The notes beneath the pieces were generated by a model. It had not been told where the DNA came from and made no database searches. It saw nothing but the letters and a program-made list of their open reading frames with translations. DNA of 64,000 nucleotides from Podarcis muralis (taxonomy: Eukaryota). Both the position numbers and the translations under genes were made by a program. Each line of letters begins with the position of its first letter. Within the stretch, counting starts at the first letter, position 1. Below, one piece after another: positions 10,615 to 20,949 of the stretch. Location: the NCBI RefSeq assembly GCF_964188315.1, contig NC_135667.1, positions 24,552,001 through 24,616,000 of the forward strand. The letters run 5' to 3'.

Positions 10615-11422
10615 AGAAATCCAAATTAATCTAGAATTGCCACCCAGCCACTCAGAGATGATCTAAGTCATTATGCTGACTGAGATGAAGGTTGACTTGC
10701 TCTTTCTCTCTGCCTCACCCCAATTCCCTGTGCAAAGACTAGGGATGGGGCAGCATTGTAAACCACACACGAGGGCAGAGGCTACCGTAGGAGGCATTGG
10801 GCAGGTCACAAAACACAAATCCAGTTCTGTCCTCTAATATTTGGCTGCTTCTTGCTTATTGTGCTGCCTAGCTTTTCCTCAGTGGCTTTTTCAAAGAAAA
10901 GCTGCAATGCAGCAGTGGAGGTACCAACATTTGTAAGGTTGGCCCAAGACATATTGGTACCTGGGGTGAACATCAAAACAGCACTCCACTCCCTGCAGGG
11001 AAAGAAAGTGTGAGTGAAGATATTCAGGAACAAGCAGAAAATAAAGATCTACACCATGGTTTGCTGCCCCTGCTACCTGAGACGGTTACCTCACCTCACC
11101 TCACCTCACCTCATGGGTGGTCTGACTCTGAGCATGTGTAACATGAGCAGAACAATGCATGAACATAAATGAAACCTCCTGGCTGTCTTGATGCTTTTGT
11201 ACTTAATCAGGCACATTTACCAATTTCAATGAAAGAGGAATTACTTTAGAGAAATATTCACATACACTGTGCAAATCTGCTCATGCAAGGAGCAGGTGGA
11301 AGCAGGAATGTGGCAACACACTGAACAGTTAGCCCACAGCTAACAAACCACCAGTCCCCCCCCCCCCAAATGTGCTAAAAAGTTTTCACACCAGCAGCGA
11401 CTGCTGATTTTGCCACAGATTA

Positions 11423-11780
11423 GGGATGCAGGTGGCACTGTGGTGTAAACCACTGAGCCTGGGACTTGCTGATAGGAAGGTTGGCAGTTCGAATCCCTGT
11501 GATGGGGTGAGCTCCTGTTGCTTGGTCCCAGCTCCTGCCAACCTAGCAGTTCGAAAGCACATCAGAGTACAAGTAGATAAATAGGTACCGCTCCAGCGGG
11601 AAGGTAAACAGCGTTTCCGTGCACTGCTGTGGTTTGCCAGAAGTGGCTTAGTCATGCTGGCCACATGACCCGGAAGCTGTACGCCGGCTCCCTCGGCCAA
11701 TAAAGCGAGATGAGTGCCGCAACCCCAGAGTCGGTCACAACTGGACCTAATGGTCAGGGGTCCCTTTAGCTTTACCTTTA
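11423..11780 (+). mobile_element. Sauria SINE, full length
   Basis: gggatgcaggtggcactgtgg...gcagttcgaaagcac...ctggacctaatggtcaggggtccctttagctttacc. Confidence 0.9.
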
Positions 11781-12783
11781 GGGAAATATGGCAACCTGTT
11801 TAGGGCGTATTGTCACCTCCTGGAAGAATTTTCAGATGACTCTACGAATGTATGACTAGTCATGATCTACAATAGCTAAACATAAACATCAGCTACCCAC
11901 AAAGAACCACAGCTGTTCTTAAAGAGCCAAGGTAAGTTTTAATTTTTGAACAGTGAATATAAAGCAACCTATGGTCATAAATCTATGATTCTTCATATTG
12001 GTATTCATCATTCCCTATTTCTCCCCCAACATCACTCTTGGGCTGTTACTCTTTCACCACTTTTTGTTGTTGCTTCTGGGAACAGAAACCCAGATGAGCC
12101 ACGCAGGGTTGATCCAAGACCTTTTGCTGGCTGAGATGAAGGGTGTCTTCCTCCCCACACCCCGCTCCCTTCTTAAAGACTAGATATAGGGCAGCATCTT
12201 AAACCACATATGAAGGCAGCAGACTTGTAAAGAGGCAGGTCACATAGCCCTAATCCAGCTCTGTGCTCTTAGTACTTTCCTGCTGTACTACCTAGCTTTT
12301 GCTCAGTGCCTGCTCAAATAAATGCTGCAATGCAATCCAGGATGTGTCACAGGAGCAGAATCACATGCACATACATGCTGCCTCCTGGAGTCCTGGTCTG
12401 GCTGCCATGCTGCTTTTTCACTCAGTCAGACACATTCTCCAATTCCAAGGAAAGAGGAATTAACTGGTTTAGAGAAATAGTGGCATACACATTAAATCAA
12501 CTCTTTTTGGAGCAAACAGTCCCAATCATTGATTTTCATTATTATGTTTCTTGTGCAAATCTGCTAATGCAAGGAACAAATGAAAGGAGGAGTGGGGCAA
12601 TAGAGGTTAGTCACTGAAAAGTCAGCCCAAAGCTGACAAACAGCCCACCCCCCCCAAAAAAAAGTGCCAAAGAGTTTGCACCCCAGCAGTGACTGCAGAT
12701 GTACAATGGGTTATTTTTTGCAGATTTTGCTAGAGATCTTATGTGGAAAATGTGGATTAAACGGGGGGAGTACAGCCTATATG

Positions 12784-12963
12784 CAGCGGCGTAGCGTGGG
12801 TTGTCAGCACCCGGGGCAAGGCAAGTAATTTGCGCCCCCTAACCCATGGATTTGCGCCCCCTAACCTGTGGATTTGCGCCCCCTAACCCGTGGATTTGCC
12901 CTAACCCCAGATGTTGCGCCCGGTGCGGCCGGCACCCCCTGCACCCCCCACGCTACGCCACTG
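12784..12963 (+). mobile_element. hAT-type MITE with three internal 22-bp repeats
   Basis: TIRs cagcggcgtagcgtggg / cccacgctacgccactg; 8-bp TSD cctatatg. Confidence 0.88.
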
Positions 12964-13167
12964 CCTATATGTGTACTTTGTATGCATGTTGTCCTCTAGC
13001 TGCTGCAAAAACATGCATCATTAGGACCCATAACTGAGTAGTGAGCCCCTTTGCACATATATGTGCAATATGTGTGCAAGTGGCTTCTCTTTCTGATGTT
13101 CCATCTAATGCACAGATGTCAAGGGATAGCTGGAGGGATATAGAATCATGTTGCAATGCACACATTT

Positions 13168-13966
13168 GTGAGTCGAGGCCCACCCCCCACTTTATGATAA
13201 AATAAGACACATGGACATAAGTATTTTAGGTTAATGGGCTAAAAAAGGCCACAACTTTATTGGTTACAGAATGTGAGTGGTATTGGCTTAGGCACTGGAT
13301 CCAAACAGACTATATTTGACTCCTGCCTGCTCTGCCGGGAGTCACACAAGGGTTAACAACCAGTAGGGGAAGCTTGTTGACGCAAATCAACTGGAAGCGT
13401 TCCCCTAGAGTCACTGGAGGATCGTGCCATGGCCCTAGTCACCACCTGGGCTTCGGACAGGAACCACGACCACTGAATTCCTTTAACGGAATACCCTTCA
13501 AAGGGAGGGGTAGGTGATGACCACAACCTCCCCTCCAACACACAACACATTTTCCAACGCCAAACTGCCAAACCTTACAAAGTTGTGATGATTTGCTTTG
13601 AGGTAGGCAAAAAAACCAAGTGGCTGGTGCCAATCTGCCAAGTGGAAAAAAAACCCCAACCATGTCTCTTCAACAGGTGACCAACTGAGGTCCATAACAA
13701 GCTCAGTTGTTGAATGCATGAAAATAAGAGGGAGGAAAGGAGGGAGGGAGAAAGATCCATGTGTGCAGGAAACAAACAGACTGAGCCACAGTCCCACACT
13801 GGTTTAAGAGCGGCAAACCACGCCCCACAGCCAGCCATATTGGCTGTCTGTGGGCATGACACAGGCTGCTAGGGACTCATTGATGCAGTGGGCCATCCAT
13901 GCCCCCTGCGAAGCGTGGGAAGTGATACCTGCTCACACCCCCTCGCCTTGGCAAAGAGGAGAGGCT
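13168..13966 (-). mobile_element. LTR-like element bounded by TT (copy 1)
   Basis: Absent from paralogous A upstream regions (about 19795, 32835); minus strand has CCAAT, GC box and cttaaa, then AATAAAGTTGTGGCC. Confidence 0.75.
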
Positions 13967-14174
13967 TTGCAAAAGGTGTACAAGGGAAATGAGTGGACAT
14001 AGTGAGTGGGAAAAAGAACCATCATATTGTTTTCCCAGGGGGAATTAAACAAAGGAAAATGAGATGCATTTGACTGTTAAATTAAAGGAGCTCTGTTTAA
14101 ATCAAACTAGATCATCAATATTTGTACGCTTAAAATTCTTGATTTCTTACTTTTACAGGTAGCATGTGAACAAA

Positions 14175-15122
14175 ATGCACAATCTTACATCCATGACTGT
14201 CTTTCTGCTGCTGGAATTCTCAGATGTTCGAGAACTGCAAATCTTACACTTCTTCGTATTTCTGATAGTGTACTTAATGGCAATAATAGGGAATCTCCTT
14301 ATTGTTATTGCTATTGTGCTTGATCATCACCTTCACACACCCATGTATTTCTTTCTACTGAATTTGGCCATCATGGATCTTGGAACAGTTTCAGTCATGG
14401 TACCCAAATCAATGGCGATTTCCCTCCTAAATTGCAGATTTATTTCTTATTTTGGATGTGTTGCTCAAGTTTTCTTTTATTTCTTATTTGGAACATCAGA
14501 TTATGCTCTGCTAACTATAATGGCACATGACCGTTATGTAGCCATTTGCAATCCACTCCACTATGAAACAATTATGCACAAAGGAGCCTGCATTCGAATG
14601 GTAGCCATTGGGTGGATTATTAGCCTTCTTAATGCCATATTACACACTGGGGGCACATTTGCCAACAGGTTTTGTTCTAATGCTGTCAATCAATTCTTCT
14701 GTGAAATCCCGAAGTTACTGACGCTCTCCTGTTCTAACTTTTACTTAGTGGAAGTTGGATTTATTGTGCTAAGCTGTAGTATAGGACTTGGTTGTTTCAT
14801 TTTCATCATCATAACATACATGGAGATCTTTTCTACAGTGCGCAAAATCCCTTCTGTCCTTGGTAAGAAAAAAGCCCTTTCCACTTGCCTCCCCCACCTC
14901 ACTGTTGTCTCTGTGTTTCTGTTCACTGCAGTGTTTGCTTATACAAGGCCTCCCAGTGAAGCTTCTTCTGATCTAGATATAGCTTTTGCTGTGATGTACT
15001 CTATAATTCCTGCCACATTGAATCCATTCATCTATAGCATGAGAAACAAAGAGATCAAGGCTGCCTTGTGGAATCTCTTAGATGTAGGGCATTCCTCTAA
15101 AATCATATCCAGAATTCTATAA
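14175..15122 (+). CDS. Olfactory receptor, class II family-14-like (OR-A1), 315 aa
   Basis: Intact single-exon ORF with LHTPMYFFL, MAHDRYVAICNPL, NQFFCEIP, KALSTC and LNPFIYSMRNKE. ATG at 14175 (the track start is a GTG 9 nt upstream); acceptor ttttacag at 14158. Confidence 0.95.
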   Translation: MHNLTSMTVFLLLEFSDVRELQILHFFVFLIVYLMAIIGNLLIVIAIVLDHHLHTPMYFFLLNLAIMDLGTVSVMVPKSMAISLLNCRFISYFGCVAQVFFYFLFGTSDYALLTIMAHDRYVAICNPLHYETIMHKGACIRMVAIGWIISLLNAILHTGGTFANRFCSNAVNQFFCEIPKLLTLSCSNFYLVEVGFIVLSCSIGLGCFIFIIITYMEIFSTVRKIPSVLGKKKALSTCLPHLTVVSVFLFTAVFAYTRPPSEASSDLDIAFAVMYSIIPATLNPFIYSMRNKEIKAALWNLLDVGHSSKIISRIL

Positions 15123-15528
15123 GAAGGCATGTTGTTGCTTCACAATCACCTTCTGTATGTGATTTCCTACCCTATAATCTGTTGTAGAACATCTGTTTTT
15201 CATGAAGGCAGCTCCTGGTTTAAAACTTGGCATCTCCAAGCAGGGCAAGGAATGATGACCTGTCTGAAGGCCCAGAGAGCCACTGGAAGTCCGTGCATAG
15301 AATACAGAGCAAAATGGAACAATGGATGAATGCATATCAGGCAACTTTGACACAAATTCCCCCTAATGCGTCAACTTTATTCTGCATGTCTTCATAATTT
15401 GAACACCTGCGTCTTGCGATGAAGCCATATATCCCATGAACGACCCTATGAAGCCTCAGTCCTCCAACAGGAGGCTGAGAGAGATATATGCCCAATGCCT
15501 ATGCTAAATCCTACCAAATTCTGAAATC

Positions 15529-15534
15529 AATAAA
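15529..15534 (+). terminator. Candidate poly(A) signal for OR-A1, inside an old LTR-like remnant
   Basis: AATAAA about 410 nt after the stop; conserved at 21356 (A2) and 34862 (A3). No transcript evidence. Confidence 0.35.
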
Positions 15535-17741
15535 GTTGTGGCCATTTTTTAAAAAATCCCAGAACATTGTCTTGTTCAATTTGTTCACCTTCTTAAATTG
15601 GGCCTTGTTCTCAGAGGTGGGGGGAAATACCATTATCTCATCCACACCATACATTTAAAGCACTCTTATCACCCTTAAAGATCCATGGCTTTCCTCCACC
15701 GAATCTTGGAAAGTCTGATTTCCTGAAGAATATGAGAGCTGTTAGGAGACCTCAACAAACCAAGTTTCTGGGAAATGTCTCTTTATTGCATCCTCTTTCT
15801 TTACTGAATATAAAATGCACCTCCAATTAGGTAGTACTCGGTAAAAGACTATAATCAAAGTTCTTTTGGGGTCAAGAGAATGATATAGGAAGTGGCAATT
15901 CAAAGGTAGGTTTCAGTGCCATCCTCTTATAATAGGAATTATATTTCTACATCTTATTGAACCAGTTGGAATTTTGGCAGCCAGGTTCTGCACTAACTGA
16001 AGCTCCTAGGTCATATTCATGGGCAGTCCTATGTATAATCCAACATATGATTCAACCAGGAGGTTACCAGAACATGGATTGCTATGGAAGTCTATCTCTA
16101 TCTAGAAATGGCAACTATTTTTGAATGTAATCAAACAAATCTGAAATAATGCTAGCCATAAATTCACCACACGTGTCGTCATTTTTCATGCATCGAGGAA
16201 GATATTGTAGATGTTATTTCTTTTCATCTGCAACTAACGTGGAAGAAGAAACATTACTTTGAGGAGTTTAAACAATGTTTTCAGATCAGCAATGCTACAC
16301 TCTTGGGAGTAAGATCCCAAAATGGCAAAAGAAACTCAGAATAGCTCACTTTCCCATGTGTGCTTTCACTATTAGTTGATGCAACATTTAATGAATTTTA
16401 CTGTAACATAGGCAGTCTTCATAAAGGCAACAAATCAATTACATATTCTATACTAAGGGTCACAGCAAGGGTAATGTTCTTGGCTGGGAAAATGCAGGGC
16501 CTCTCGAATCATCAGAAAATTGAACCTAAAGCAGATGGTGGGGAAACTGATTCTTATAAATAAAGGTAATTGAGTAGTTTTCTATGATTTTGATGTAATC
16601 TAGAGGTGCTGGTCACTTTTTTCATTTCCAGTCATCTATTGAGTTTCAAGTGGTCTCATGTATACTTGAAACATCAGAGTAATGATGCAGCCATCCTTAA
16701 ACCATTCTACTTTACCAAATGTCTAACTTGTTAATTGTTTCCAATTTTAAAACCTTATTTAAAGTAGCCTAGCCCACAAATTTATTTGGGACTGGATCTA
16801 GGTGAGGCAAGACTTATTGAGCATGTTTATAGTATTATTGTGCTATTCCTTTTTAGGGAATCATATGGGGGGGAGTTGCTATTTATCAAACAATGATTTT
16901 AAATCCTTGCTGGACAGTCTCTTCTTGAGCAATTATCGAGAGCAATAAAAATGCCTGCCTGCATCTCTAAATATATTATTGGATGTATTGTCACTTCCTG
17001 GAAGCATTTTAAATGACCTTTTATTTTTGTGCTGCTGACTTTACTGGCAGCTCCAAAGTTTTAAAATGTTTTTGAAATAAAGAAGGAAGTATTCAGACAA
17101 CTTCATAAGTACTTTTGTCAAAGCATGCATTGATTGGCTGCAGTAATCCTCATAGGTATGTTCCAATCTGCATATGGGTCTGCAAGGGTCGGAAGGGAAG
17201 AGCTCCCTACAAAATGCAGTGGGATCTGGAATGCTGCATCAGCCACAAGAGAGCTCATATTAACTATCTTTTAATGCTTGTGACAAAAATGGGAAGCAAT
17301 AACTGGGGCAGTGGAGTTCTGATTCTAATGAGCTGTTTTGAATGAATGGGAGCAATATCCCACAGTGTCAAAGTACATTTCCAATTAACATCCTGCACAT
17401 ATAGCTTTAAAAGACCCATTTAGAAATGAAACAGCTGCACAATATTCCGGTAAGTACCAAGAAAGTATGGAAATTTCTCAGATGATTCTATGAATGGGTA
17501 AATACTGATGATCTGCAACAGCAAAAAACAAAACAAAACAAAACAAAACAACAACTTCACATACCCATAAAGAAACATATCTTTTTTAAATAGCCAATGT
17601 AAGTTTTTATTTTTGAACCAATAATCTTATGATAACAATGGTGATCAATCTATGATACTCTTTCTTTGTTTTCATCATTCCCTGTTACTCTCCCTAATTT
17701 GCTCTTGGGCTGTTACTCTTTTATCACTTTTTTTGTTGCTT

Positions 17742-18505
17742 GCGTGGCGAGTTCCCGCCCCCCACCAACAATAAATAAAGACACAAGACCCCAGAATTTA
17801 AGGTTAAATGGGCGAATTAGGCCACAACTTTATTGAATTCAGGAATGAGAGGCATTGGCTTAGGCATTGGTCCTATCGACTGTCCGGCTCCAGCCCATTT
17901 GCTGGAGACACGGGAAGGGTTAACACCATAGTGGGGGAGTCTCCTGCTGAGGCATGTCAACTAGGAGCTCCCCCGGGTCACCGCTCGGGGGCGTGCCTTA
18001 GGCCCGCACCTCCATAGGCTTCGGACAGGGCCACGCCCCCCAGAGTCCTTTACCGGACCAGCCTTCATTCTCTGGGGGGAGGTGATGGCATTCCTCCCCC
18101 CATCCTCTTAACCCCTTCTTACCAGTGCCTAACCGCCAATGCCGAAGAGTTGTGACGAGTTGCTACGAGGTAAGCGAAAAACCAAATGGCTGCAAATTGC
18201 CAATTGGGAAAAATTCCTACCATGCCCCTTGCGGCGACAGACCGAAGTCAATAGCAAAGTCAGAAACCTACCTAAAGGGAGGGAGAGTGGGAAAATGTGG
18301 GGGCTAGCCGGTAAAAGAGGGCGAGCCCCGGCCGCACCGGCCCTAAATAGGGCAGGCCACGCCCCCCAGCCAGCCAATTGGCTGGGTGGGTGGACGACGC
18401 GGCCAGGATTCCCCTGCTCTCGTGGGGGCTGAAACCAGCCCCTGCTCACGTGGGGTGGGTGTGAAGCCCGCAACCCCACCTCCTGGGCCAGGTCTGGAAG
18501 TGGCT
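17742..18505 (-). mobile_element. LTR-like element bounded by TT (copy 2)
   Basis: Splits ttgttgc-tt-ctgggaacag, which is intact in five paralogues; CCAAT, GC box, TATTTA and AATAAA on the minus strand. Confidence 0.8.
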
Positions 18506-18810
18506 TTCTGGGAACAGAAATCCAGATAAGCCTAGGACCGTCACCCAGCCAGTCAGGGTTGATCCGAGAACTTTTGCTGGCTGAGATGAAGGCAGAAATC
18601 CTCCCCACACCCCATTCCCTTCTTAAAGACTAGGGATAAGGCAACATCTGGAACCACATATCAAGGCAGCAGACTAGTGAGGAGGCACTGGGCAGGTCAC
18701 ATAGCATAAACCCAGATCTGTTCTCTTATATTTGCTGCTGCTTGCTCTCTGTACTACCTAGCTTTTGCTCAGTGTCTGCTCAAATAAATGCTGCAATGCA
18801 GCAGTGGAGG

Positions 18811-18968
18811 CAGTGGCGTAGCGTGGGGGGTGCAGGGGGGGCCGGCCGCACCGGGCGCAACATCTGAGGTTAGGGCAAATCCACAGGTTAGGGGGCGCAA
18901 ATCCACGGGTTAGGGGGCACAAATTACTTGCCTTGCCCCGGGTGCTGACAACCCACGCTACGCCACTG
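18811..18968 (-). mobile_element. hAT-type MITE (same family, two internal 22-bp repeats)
   Basis: Same TIRs; 8-bp TSD agtggagg; empty site in the paralogue at about 32025. Confidence 0.9.
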
Positions 18969-20001
18969 AGTGGAGGTACCAGGATGTGTCACATGAGCAG
19001 AATCATGTCCACATACATGCTGCTTCCTGCAGTCCTGGTCTGGCTGCCATGCTACTTTTTCACTCAGTCAGACACATACACCAATTCCAAGGAAAGGGGA
19101 ATTAATTGGTTTAGAGAAATAGTGGCAGACATATTGGATCACCTCTTTTGGAGCAAACAGACCCAAGCATTAATTTTCATTAGTACACATCTTGTGCAAA
19201 TCTGCTAATGCAAGGAACAAATGAAAGGAGGAGTGGGGCAATAGGGATCAGTCACTGAAAAGTCAGCCCAAAGCTGACCAACTGCCCACCACCCCCAAAA
19301 CGTGCCAAAGAGTTTGCACCCCAGCAATGACTGCAAATGTACGATGGGTTATTTTTACAGATTTTGCTCCAGATCTTCTGTGGTAAGGGGAAATGTGGAT
19401 GGCAGGAAGAAAAAGTACAGGCTGGCATTTTGATGCAGACAACCCTGTGTAAATGCTACAGACAGAAAAATTCCAAGGATGACATGCACCAAATCCACAA
19501 TAAACTAAACATGCTATAGATAAGGGTGTGAGTAGGAGCTTCATCTCTCCCCACACTACCCTTCAGTTACTTCTATGTGGGAATAAGCTGAAATGGTACA
19601 GCATCCTTTTTTAATGACAACTTTGGAAAGCTATGAGTTGGGCCCGATTTCCAGTAATCTTTCTATGGTAGGTATAGAGATGGGATCAAACATGCCACTC
19701 ATTTTGTGGAGGGGGTGAGTGGGCACGTTTCCTGGCATCATTGAGGCAACTGGCCTATGCTCATGGATATAGAATCATGTCGTAATGCACACATCCGCTG
19801 TAGGTGTAGAAGTGAAAGGAGCGGACATAGTGAGTGGGAAAAGAACCATCATATTGTTTTTCCATGGGAAAGTATGCAAAGTAAAATCAGATACATTTGA
19901 TTGTTAAATTAAAGGAGCCCTGTTTAAATAAAACCAGTTGTGCAATATCTGCAGGCTTAAAATTCTTGATTTCTTCCTTTTACAGGTAGCATGTGAACAA
20001 A

Positions 20002-20949
20002 ATGCACAATCTTACATCCATGTCTGTCTTTCTGCTGCTGGAATTCTCAGATGTTCGAGAACTGCAAATTTTACACTTCTTCGTATTTCTGGTATTGTAC
20101 TTAATGGCAATAATAGGAAATCTTCTCATTGCTATTGCTATTGCTTTTGATCATCACCTTCACAAACCTATGTACTTCTTTCTACTGAATTTAGCCATCA
20201 TGGATCTTGGAACAGTTTCAGTCATGGTACCCAAATCAATGGCTATTTCCCTCCTAAATTGCAGATATATTTCTTATTTTGGATGCGTTGCTCAAGTTTT
20301 CTTTTATATCCTATTTGGAGCATCTGACTATGCTTTACTTACTATAATGGCACATGACCGCTATGTAGCCATTTGCAATCCACTCCACTATGAAACAATT
20401 ATGCACAAAGGAGCCTGCATTCGAATGGTAGCCATTGTGTGGATTTTTAGCCTTCTTTATGCCATATTACATACTGGGAGCACCTTTGCCAACACATTTT
20501 GTTCTAATTCTATCAATCAATTCTTCTGTGAAATCCCAAAAATACTGAAGCTCTCCTGTTCTAACTTTTACTTAGTGGAAGTTGGATTTATTGTGATAAG
20601 CTGTAGTATAGGACTTGGTTGTTTCATTTTCATCATCATAACATACATGGAAATATTTTCTACAGTGCGCAAAATCCCTTCTGTCCATGGTAAGAAAAAA
20701 GCCCTTTCCACTTGCCTCCCCCACCTCACTGTTGTCTCTGTGTTTCTGTTCACTGCAGTGTTTGCTTATACAAGGCCTCCCAGTGAAGCTTCTTCTGATC
20801 TAGATATAGCTTTTGCTGTGATGTACTCTATAATTCCTGCCACATTGAATCCATTCATCTATAGCATGAGAAACAAAGAGATCAAGGCTGCCTTGTGGAA
20901 TCTCTTAGATGTAGGGCATTCTTCTAAAATCATATCCAGAATTCTATAA
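20002..20949 (+). CDS. Olfactory receptor, family-14-like (OR-A2), 315 aa, chimeric
   Basis: Intact ORF with the same OR motifs; 5827 bp tandem offset from OR-A1. Confidence 0.95.
   Translation: MHNLTSMSVFLLLEFSDVRELQILHFFVFLVLYLMAIIGNLLIAIAIAFDHHLHKPMYFFLLNLAIMDLGTVSVMVPKSMAISLLNCRYISYFGCVAQVFFYILFGASDYALLTIMAHDRYVAICNPLHYETIMHKGACIRMVAIVWIFSLLYAILHTGSTFANTFCSNSINQFFCEIPKILKLSCSNFYLVEVGFIVISCSIGLGCFIFIIITYMEIFSTVRKIPSVHGKKKALSTCLPHLTVVSVFLFTAVFAYTRPPSEASSDLDIAFAVMYSIIPATLNPFIYSMRNKEIKAALWNLLDVGHSSKIISRIL

Larger units (their letters stand above)
9410..11420 (+). repeat. Orphan copy of the OR upstream module (no OR gene follows it)
   Basis: Matches about 17020-19350 and 11830-12720 in diagnostic strings (tgactttact.gcag, cacctaccca.a.agaa, cttaaagactaggg, ctgctaatgcaagga). 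Confidence 0.8.

Noticed and set aside
12830-12910. 22-bp repeats as a CRISPR array or interstitial telomere
   Set aside because: No unique spacers, a vertebrate context, and not tandem TTAGGG; they are internal to a TIR element.
14166-14174. GTG starts (MNK...) given by the ORF track for the three A-type ORs
   Set aside because: Eukaryotic gene; the in-frame ATG 9 nt downstream aligns with the MSNLTS start region of the paralogues.
17808-18608. Overlapping 60-160 aa ORFs inside the LTR-like elements (also 13353-13862, 25956-26487, 56026-56568)
   Set aside because: GC-rich DNA yields chance ORFs; frames are not preserved between copies 3 and 4, and there are no gag/pol motifs.
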